A stretch of DNA of 63,579 nt, the filler included, from Collodictyon triciliatum (lineage: Eukaryota), in NCBI GenBank assembly GCA_043381765.1. It is 11 parts of 11 records of this genome, joined end to end, with 100 filler letters (N's around TTAATTAATTAA, not from the genome) between each part and the next. Parts side by side here need not be neighbours in the genome. Positions count along the whole stretch, not along the records: positions 53,166 to 59,122 come from JBHJMP010004807.1; positions 59,223 to 63,579 come from JBHJMP010004838.1; 9 more parts are not named here. One strand, 5' to 3'. Each line of letters starts with the position of its first letter. Position 1 is the stretch's first letter. Positions 54,619 through 63,579 of the stretch are shown here, piece by piece. The notes beneath the pieces were generated by a model. It was given only the letters and a program-made list of their open reading frames with translations, was not told where the DNA came from and did not search any database. The translations under genes and the position numbers were made by a program.

Positions 54619-55774
54619 TTAAGCACTGATGGGTCCGTGGCCGTTGTTGTACTTGACGTTGGAGCCATCAGGGACGATCTTTCCGGCGCTGCGAAGGGAG
54701 GCATACTAATGGCAAGGCAAACGGATGGTGCGTGACTAAGAATGAACGAGAGAAGTGAAGGTGGGTTTTGACAGGAGTGGTGACGTTGATTCAAACCTCG
54801 GTGGCAAGGACGTCGGTGAAGCCCCACTTGTCTGAGACCAGGACCTTCTGGCGCCCAGGGAATTTGAACTTGCAGCGGCGGAAAGCCTCCACGACGGCGT
54901 CGCGGTTGGACTCTTTGGTGCGGACGGAGGTGAGCACCTGACCGATCTTGACGCGGGCGACAGTTCCAGTAGGCTTACCGAAAGCTCCACGCATGCCAGT
55001 TTGGAGTCTGCAAGTCAAGTCAGGTCAGGTCAGGTTTGGTCGAGTGAGTCGTTGCTTATGGAGTTCGAGGGGCAACTCACCTATCGGCGCCTGCACACGA
55101 AAGCATTTTGTTGATGCGGATCACGTGGAAGGGGTGGACGCGGACGCGCATGTGGAAGGCGTCTTTCCCGCAAGTCTTGACGATGTACTTGTTGGCGCAA
55201 ATACGGGCAGCTTCTAGGGCCTCAGAAGAGATCTGCTCGCGCTCCATGGAGACGAGGTGGACGCAGAGCGGGAATTCATCCACTCCGGCGCGTTTGCGGC
55301 CGAGATCAAAGATGCGGATCTTGGGATCTACGATCGAAAGATCAGGATGTAATAGAGGCGAATCCAAGTTGCTGAGTTTGTGTGCATTTCATGACTGGGA
55401 AAATGGTGGCACTCGAACTGACCAGGGACACCACGGCAGAAGCGGGACTTGGGGTAGGGCTTGTTCTTGCAGTAGCGATAGCTGTGGGGTGGAGTGGAGG
55501 GTTATGCGCAAGGAACTACGATTGAGTTTCTGGATTGTGACAAATTCGATGTATGGTTACCAGCGAGCGGGACCTGTTTGGGGGGAAATAGGGAAAATGG
55601 GATCTTTAGATATTTCCAACCTTATTTAATGGGACAGTTGTTGGTATCGATAGCAACGTGCTCGGATATCACCTCGCCAAGAAATGGATTCTGAAGAAAA
55701 ACAGATGTATCCTTTGTGTGTATATAGCTCAGGTGCAGGGAGAGATGAGGCGCGGTTGACTTACGGCGACCCAT
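54619..55774 (-). CDS. RPL10: 60S ribosomal protein L10 (uL16/QM), complete, six exons: 55765-55774, 55561-55573, 55423-55481, 55081-55327, 54797-55007, 54619-54705
   Basis: [37 protein letters not shown]...[23 protein letters not shown]...KFPGRQK...GHGPISA*. Confidence 0.97.
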
Positions 55775-56887
55775 GGCTTGTTTTGTGCTGGTGTCTGGGC
55801 TTGTTGGCTGAGTCTGGTTGGGAAGGACAGCGGAATCTGTCACCTGGTTAACCTTTCGATCGTGTCTGCTTCTTTATGCTCCTGCAGGAAGAACATTCTA
55901 TTTTTCCAGAAATGGAAATACGTTCCAGCCGGAGGCTGGTTTAGTTTTGGTGGAGAAGCGGCGTGGGGACACGGGCAGAACCAAGGAAGGAGGAGGGCGA
56001 AGCGAGCTTTAGGTTTTGATAGATTTTTGTCTTTTGTTCGATTCAAATAAATTTTGATGCAATAATTGATTTTCTTCAGCTGCTATAGATTCTTAATGAA
56101 TCGAGGAACGGGTCTTGAGATATTGGGATTAAGTGCCTAGGGAATTATTTTGCCCACTTTCGCAAAACCGGGGGGTTGACCCCTAAGTGTAATAGGAGAG
56201 AAATGGGGTGTATATTCAGGGCGTGCAAGTAACGCGATGGGCTTTTCCCAAGTTTTCCTGTGTTTCTGCCCATTTCATTGGGTCTTAGTGTTGGTCGGGT
56301 GTGTTCTTCCCAGAATTCCTGACTGATTTAGTTTTTTCTGACACCCACGATTGGGATATTCACATGCGGGTTTCACAAGTGCTCAAGATGGGAGTGATAT
56401 TGGATTTGATTACTCCTGATGCATCGGCTCTTTCCTTCTAGTTTCCTATCCAGCTAAGCTAAAGTTAAACCATATATTTTTGGCGAAGCTATATGTAGCA
56501 GACAGAATGTAATATGCAACGCCTGTATTTTCTTGAAGAGAAAATCGCCCGACAATCCAACTACTTATTAAAATGACAGAAACATCGGCAGTATTAAATG
56601 CTAAAGTCCCTGGCAATTCTCTGATATGAATATTTTATCATTTAAACAAGAAAAAAATGGCATCAAGGAAACAATCTGGTGTACAATCACAAATCCATGA
56701 GCTCAGCTTACTCTTTCTTTTTTTTTTTTTTAAGGAAAAAAAACAACAACACCCACTTCATATTGGTTCGCTCTTGAAAGATAGCATGGTTTTATTCATC
56801 GAAAAGAATGATTCATAATGTCTGAAAGAGCGGTAGTTTGGTTAATAGAGGGTATAACGAAAAGTAGGATAAAGGTAATCGCCTGGG

Positions 56888-59009
56888 TTAAAACGTGTCT
56901 GGGAGGGTAGTGATAGAGTTACGAGAGACGGACCACGTCCTCAAGGAAGGGAGTGTGAAGAACTGCAGCGGAATGACTTGCAATTGATTGTGGGAAAGCT
57001 GCAATACCTGGATACTGGACAATACACCTGAGGGGCCACAGGGAGGTGCTAAAGGGTCTGGGAGAATTGTTAGTCTATTTGAGTACACAACACAAGTTTG
57101 TAACGTGGAAAATGCAGCAACCAAAGACGGCGGTACGCTGGTTAAGTAGTTGAATCCAATAAAGAAAGACCGCAACGAAGGCAACAAATGAAATATATCT
57201 GGAATAACTGTAAGTCTATTGTGAGACAATCTTAACGTGTGGATGTTGTTGTATTGCACTTTTAAGGGAACAGAAAATGGAACAAGTCGTAAAGGAAACT
57301 CGCGTAAATTGCCGTGGGTGAGATCCACGCTTGTGATTGAACGAGGAAGTTCGGTGGTTGGGTGGACTGTTTCAGGTTCTGGGTCAATTTGAGTTTGCGT
57401 ATCAACCAAGGCCGAATCGGGGACTACCCAATTGGATAGTGCAGCTGTCTGGGAAGCCCTGAGAGGCTCTGTTCCTTTGTTCCCGGAGAGTAGAATTTGC
57501 TGTAAGTTTGGAAAAAGCAAAGACACGTTGGGAGGAATACCATAAAGTCTATTGCTAGAGAGGTCTAAAGAGATAATCGAAGAGTAAAAATAATCTGAGA
57601 TGTTAGTGAATGCAGAAGGCATGAGCGAATTATGAGAGAGATGCAGGGCTCTGATGTTCGGGGACAATGCTTTAGGGTGAGGGAGCTGCGTTAAGTGATT
57701 CCTTTCTATTTGCAATACAGTAATTAAGCCATTTGTAGGAAGAGGCAAGCTAACGATGCTGTTATCGGTAGCACTAAGGTGATAGAGACTGCTTAGCTGG
57801 CATAACTCAGGTGGCAGTTCCGTGAGAGAATTAAACGAACAAATCAGGGTTTGGAGTTTCCAAAAAGATATATCTGGTGATTTCTCGATCCCTTGTAAAT
57901 CGCTCATGGATGCATTTTCTTCAAACATTCCCCTCGTTTGACGGCGAATCCGCCCTCCACGTGCCCCGTCAACAAAAAGGGGAATATGAGATAGGCGATT
58001 ATATGATACATCAAGATATCTCAGACTTGGAAAACATGTTTGGAATATAGCCCCTCGGATCACCCTGAGCTGATTGTGGCTGATGTCAAAATGTGTGACC
58101 GAAGGCATTGATACTCCACGTTGGGGTCCATGAGCTTGGGAAGCTCCGAGGGTAACATTCGCAAACTGATTGTAGCTAAGGTCGAGGTGCGCCAAAACTG
58201 ATACTGGTGTCTTAGATTGAATTTGGAACAATATGTCCCCATCTGAGAGCATGTTATGTGAGATATTTAAATGAACTAGATCAGCTGGAAGGGAGCTCCA
58301 TTTTTCAGAATCTATAAACTTGTTGTAGCTGACATCGAGCAGGGTCAATCTGCTCAAGCTAGAGAGTGAGCCAGAGGCAAAGTGGGTGAGCTTGTTGTGT
58401 GATAATTCAAGGTGCACGAGACCTGGAGGGAAAGCATCGGGGGCCACCAAAGTTAATGCGTTATGTCCGGCAAGAAATGTTAACAGTCCGTGACTTGAGG
58501 AGGCGAGCTGGTCTACGGATGCAAGCTCGTTCATGCGCACATCTAATATTTTCAGGGATTGGCACTCGTAGAGAAGTTGGGTCAGCGGGATGGTACTAAT
58601 ACGGTTGCCCTCCAGCGAGATGCTGGTGAGCCTGGTCAGCTTATATATCTCTGGGGGCACTTGCTCAAACAGGTTGTAACGAAGACCCAAACTCAAAAGC
58701 AATGAGAGCTGGGATATGCTTTCAGGGATGGCGCGCAATTGATGCCAGGCGAGGTCTAGCTTTCTCATTTCTTCGAGGCTGGAATCAGGGTCCGACAGAA
58801 GGTCCACAAGCCACTTGAGCTCCTCATTTGAATCGGCATTGGTTGGGCATTCAGGCTCCGCTTCCATGGCTTGATCCTCGTCAAACACTAATGATAGATC
58901 CTCTTCTTCGAAAAAGAAGTTGTCATCAGCGTCGAGTTCGTCGTGTGAAGAGGACATTCGATTCTTGCCTTTCTGATCTTGCTCTATATATTCCGCTGAC
59001 TTTATTTTT
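56888..59009 (-). CDS. Leucine-rich repeat protein, single long exon; starts at ATG 58957 or from an upstream exon via the acceptor near 59009
   Basis: About 20 LxxLxLSxNxL repeats follow an acidic N-terminal segment. Confidence 0.8.
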
Positions 59010-59266
59010 CTAAAAAAAAAAAAAAAAAAAAAGGATAAATTCAAAAAAATTTTAAAAAAAAAAAAAAAAAAAGAAAATGTGCAAAATCGTAAAAAAAAAA
59101 AAAAAAAATTATAGGAAAATTANNNNNNNNNNNNNNNNNNNNNNNNNNNNNNNNNNNNNNNNNNNNTTAATTAATTAANNNNNNNNNNNNNNNNNNNNNN
59201 NNNNNNNNNNNNNNNNNNNNNNATATTATCCTATGTCCTTTTTTTTTTTTTTTTTAATTAACTAAC

Positions 59267-59310
<44 letters not shown>

Positions 59311-59340
59311 TGACATTAAAATATTTCTATTTTTTAAAAG

Positions 59341-62300
59341 GATTTGATTAGAAAGCAAGCTAATTGGTCGGAAGAAGTAGGCGATGTGAAGTCTGCCACA
59401 GATATGTATATTGCGGCTGGAGAAGTTACCACCGCAATTACACTTCTCGGTGAGAAAAATGCCGTTCAGGAACTCATCGAGCTTTCGCATCGTTTGAACA
59501 AGTAATTTATTCTGTGTCTTTTAATTATTATTTTTATTGTATATCTTAATGTTCTCCTGGTTGGAACTACTGAGTTTGTCTGTGACAATTTTTATTTTAA
59601 TGCTTAGTTCTGAGGCTGATGCCTTAAAACAATGTGCTGCTACTCTAAAGAAACTCAAAGCTGTCGATGCGGCGAAGGAGATTTACCAGCGAATCGAAGG
59701 TCCATGGCAGCTTTGCTATATTCCCACCATTTCGTGCTTTTTTTTTTTTTTTTTTTTTTTTTGCATCTAAGCAACATCGTTACTATTTTTATATTTTTTT
59801 TTGAGGGGGAAATGACTCTTCAACTAAAGGCAACAAATGTTCGCAGACAACGAAGCTCTTCTCAAAATTCATGTGGAGGGAGAAAAATGGGAGGAAGCTC
59901 ATACTCTTGTCAAGGACCACCCGGAGCTCTCCTCAGACGTGTTCTTGCCGTATGCCCAATGGCTCGCCGTGAACGACCGGTTCGAAGAATCTGAGGATGC
60001 ATTTCTGCGTGCTGGAAAACCTGAAGAAGCCGTCAAGGTAGATTATTATTATTGACAAATGCATCATTACCCAGAAACAAGGAATTGTCAAGGAATGGAA
60101 GCAATTCTTTAGTGGCAATTCATGATTACTGTCTTGACCAAAACAATAGAAGGGTGTTGTTCAGCCACTTTGCCATGATATTTGTAACACCCGTGAGTGT
60201 AGGTCCTTGAGCAACTGACCTTCAATGCGGTCACTGAGGAGCGGTACGAAGATGCAGCCCATTATTATTGGAAGCTTTCCATCGAGGAGCTTAATATGGT
60301 CAAAAACACCATTTCAGGCACGTATCTTACCAACTGCCAAATATACTAATATGATTGCAAATTTTATAAAGAATGCGAATGTGGCTCAACTATATTGCCC
60401 AATCCTTTTTCTTTTTTTCTTTTTTTCTTTTTTTCTTTTTTTCTTTTTTTCTTTTTTTCTTTTTTTCTTTTTTTCTTTTTTTCTTTTTTTCTTTTTTTCT
60501 TNTTTCTTTTTTTCTTTTTTTCTTTTTTTCTTTTTTTCTTTTTTTCTTTTTTTCTTTTTTTCTTTTTTTCTTTTTTTCTTTTTTTCTTTTTTTCTTTTTT
60601 CATTAGAAATATTCGGCTGTATCATACATATGTAATCTCGCATTGACACTTTGCAAGAGTTAAAACATACTATCTACTTATATGCGTAGAACTGACGAAG
60701 CAAGATGAGAAACACATCAAGCGCTTCAGAGAACTGCAAACAAAAGCTGATATCTACTTTGCATATCACCATATTCACCGCTTTGTGGTATAAATTCTCA
60801 TGATGTAAAGTACATTTGCACGTAGATATTATCGTTGAAAAAATGCACCTTTGAAACCATCTGTTTCGAGAGATTGGAGCTGTGTGTTATATGAGGACAT
60901 GAGTATGCGACATTGTTAACGTGTAAATAGTTTCAATAAAGCTCAAAAAGAATAAATCATCAGGGAGACCCATTCACCACGACTCAACCTTTGGCCCTGT
61001 TTAACATGTCCAGATTTTTACTCACAAAAGTCTCCAAAAACTGCCCGCATGGAGTTTCCAAGAAATATCCTTGCATTAAAAAAAAAATGGCACATATTAG
61101 TTCTAATGTCGTTTATCTATGTAAATGTAAATATGTCCTTTTTCTGTGGGTAATACTCTACTCGCAGCGCAAACTTTCTATTTACTCCTTCACCAATAAA
61201 CCTATATTCTATTTGCAATGTCCAAGATGTGCAAGCAACTCGGAGCATTTAAACTCGCTCGAACTGCGTACGACCGCTTGCAGACAATGCGTTTACCTAG
61301 CAACTGGGTCGATGAAATAGACATGGCTTCAGTCACAATCCGCTCAAAGCCATTTACCGACAAGGAGGTGCGCCCTTTTTTTTTCTTTTTTTTTTTCTCT
61401 ATTTCTCTCTTTATATTAGTTTATGTTTTCTAATTTTTTTTTCTATGAGAGCAACATTGACACCATGAATTAGAGGCAACTCTATCTACGGCTACCACTA
61501 ATTGCCTGCACGGTCATCCGCAGGACTTGCTCCCCGTGTGCTACCGCTGCTCCAACTCAAACCCGCTGCTCAACAGTCAGGGCGATTTGTGTGTCGGCTG
61601 CCAACAGGAATTCGTCCGCTCGTTCAACTCCTTCGACCATCTGCCGCTGGTTGAGTTTATCCTCCCCGATGGCATGACTGACGAGCACGCTCTGAAGCTG
61701 CTCGACTCGAATCTTGCTCCAGATGCAAGTGCCGACGGCGGAAAGAAAGGACCCGGGTTCAAGGAGACGAGAGAGCCGAGTGAGTAGGCTGCTTTGGTGG
61801 GATAGAAACGAGACCACGGAGTTTCTGTTTTACTTTTTGTTTTTTTGTTTTTTTTGTTTTTTTGTTTTTTTGTTTTTTTTGTTTTTTTGTTTTTTTGTTT
61901 TTTTGTTTTTTTGTTTTTTTTGTTTTTTTGTTTTTTTGTTTTTTTTTGTTTTTTTGTTTTTTTGTTTTTTTGTTTTTTGTATATGTCGTAACTGCGAGAC
62001 TGTAATGAAGGCAGTAGAGAGAGAACAGAAAGGACGCTGCTTTGGGCACAGGAAAATATATAAATGTGTGTGTCTTTTACACATTCCACTAAATACTCTA
62101 AACAATCGCACCATAGAAATCCAAACACTTAGCTTCAACACACCCGAAGCCGACACGGCTGCCGATCCGTTTTCTAAGCTTTTGTCTGAGGTGATTAACC
62201 CGTTTATTCATTTATCTTTGCTTTTTAGGTTGTCATCGTCAATATTTTTTTAATGTCTAATTTATTCGTTCCTGTTGTTATATATATGTATTTGCATCGA

Positions 62301-62746
62301 ATAAATACTCTTGTTGGGGTTTGGATGAGTTCTTTCCTTTGATGAAAGAATCGCGAGAACACACCAGACAAAAAGAGACCAGACCGACACGGACACCGAT
62401 GCAAATAATCGAGAGATGCAACAACCCTAACGCATAAGAAAAGAACGCGGATGGGATGCGTCTAACAAAGTATATGTTTTCCCCAACGCAGACTCTGGAT
62501 GCATCAGAGCCCATCCGCGTGGACGAGTCCATCCTGCGCTCCTTCCACCGCAACGAAGTCTACATCAAAAAGTGGCCGTCGCCCGCCGTCAAGACGCAGT
62601 TTTACAAGTCGATGGTCCCTGAGGCGCCGATTATTCTGTGTCCCTCGTGCAACCGGTTCTTTGACGAGGAGGAATACGAACTGGCGTATCTGCAAAAAGG
62701 CCACTGCCCCTTCTGCCGCTTTGTCGCCAAGGACAAGACACACTAA
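59341..62746 (+). CDS. IFT122: Intraflagellar transport protein 122 (IFT-A), C-terminal half, 5'-partial, ten exons
   Basis: Motifs are PYAQWLAVNDRFEE, VLEQLTFNAV, AAHYYW, LFNMSRFLL, LGAFKLAR, IRSKPFTD, LLPVCYRCSNSNPLL and the terminal YLQKGHCPFCR. Confidence 0.95.
61065..61201 (+). other. U12-type (minor spliceosome) AT-AC intron in IFT122
   Basis: The 5' end is ATATCCTT, the branch site is TCCTTCAC at 61186-61193, and the 3' end is AC. Removing it restores GVSKN-YILFAMSK in frame. Confidence 0.9.
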
Positions 62747-62945
62747 ACAGCGAGACCGATTCAGATGCCTTTTAGCCTTGTTCAATACCCTTTATGTTTT
62801 TGTTTAGTTTTGTTTTGTTTTGTTTTGTTTTGTTTTTGTTTTGTTTTGTTTTGTTTTGTTTTGTTTTGTTTTGTTTTGTTTTGTTTTGTTTTGTTTTGTT
62901 TTGTTTTGTTTTGTTTTGTTTTGTTTTGTTTTCATTCATCGGACT

Positions 62946-63356
62946 TTATGCGAGTCTCTGAACCGATTTCCCAAAGTTTGGCTGCGTCATAACCTTTGCT
63001 TGCTTCAGCTCCTCACTCTTGAACGTGGTTTTGAGTTCTTTCTTGTCCTGTCTTCGTTCCTACACAAACACACAGGCATATACACAAGGGAAAGAGAGAA
63101 AGAAAGAAAGAAAGAAAGAAAGAGAAAAAAATACATGTATGTAAGCACTAGTATTTTGATGCTTTTTTTTTCTTTTTTCTTTTGCTTCTTCTTGGTCACT
63201 TTTTTTCTTCACTGTGTAATTCTGGGGTGATGAAAGCGATATTTAATTACTTTGCGCTGAGCCTTCACTGCCTTCTTCCGCAGCCTCTTCTCCTCTGCTG
63301 TTTCGTCCCTTTTGCGAGCCTCTCCGAGGTTTGCGCGCTCTTCATCATCAGAACTT
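62946..63356 (-). CDS. LTV1: LTV1 ribosome-biogenesis factor, last two exons, 5'-partial
   Basis: RKRDETAEEKRLRKKAVKAQRK|ERRQDKKELKTTFKSEELKQ...* matches the conserved LTV1 C-terminus. Confidence 0.8.
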
Positions 63357-63481
63357 CTGTTCGTTGAACCATTCAGGCATTGATTAATTCTACGGCCAGA
63401 CTTCCTTTCTTTTATGTTTTTTCTTTTTTTGTTTCATCAGAAACGATAATCTCATCATAAAATCCTTGTTCATATTCATGT

Positions 63482-63579
63482 GTTTTGTTTTTGTTTTTGT
63501 TTTTGTTTTTGTTTTTGTTTTTGTTTTTGTTTTTGTTTTTGTTTTTGTTTTTGTTTTTGTTTTTGTTTTTGTTTTTGTT
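63482..63579. repeat. (GTTTTT)n microsatellite
   Basis: Directly visible. Confidence 0.93.

Noticed and set aside
55328-55422. Possible C/D snoRNA in RPL10 intron 3
   Set aside because: CTGA is present but there is no proper RTGATGA box C or terminal stem.

Overview
This is eukaryotic, AT-rich, intron-rich genomic DNA from a flagellated protist (IFT122 is present), read with the standard genetic code. It is not one locus. Eleven short contigs (mostly about 5.96-5.97 kb, roughly size-sorted) are joined by artificial 100-nt spacers (N44-TTAATTAATTAA-N44), so adjacency across spacers is meaningless. Most contigs break at microsatellites. Splicing the exons by hand gives DHX37, a GPR137-like 7TM protein, a membrane-anchored trypsin, two LRR genes, a Kelch/CUB-TM-TKL receptor kinase, a TOG/CLASP_N protein, an F-BAR + 2xSH3 protein, two Cys-rich multi-TM receptor-like genes (one with about 14 tandem 93-aa repeats), a fatty-acid elongase, RPL10, IFT122 and LTV1. 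It also gives an L1/Tx1-type RT fragment and a tRNA-derived SINE-like fragment. The main highlights are a well-supported U12-type AT-AC intron in IFT122, a bacterial aqualysin/PPC-like domain fused to trypsin as a single exon, one-LRR-per-exon modules, and very degenerate U2 splice signals. I found no convincing wholly new multi-gene system. All family assignments come from recalled motifs, not database searches.
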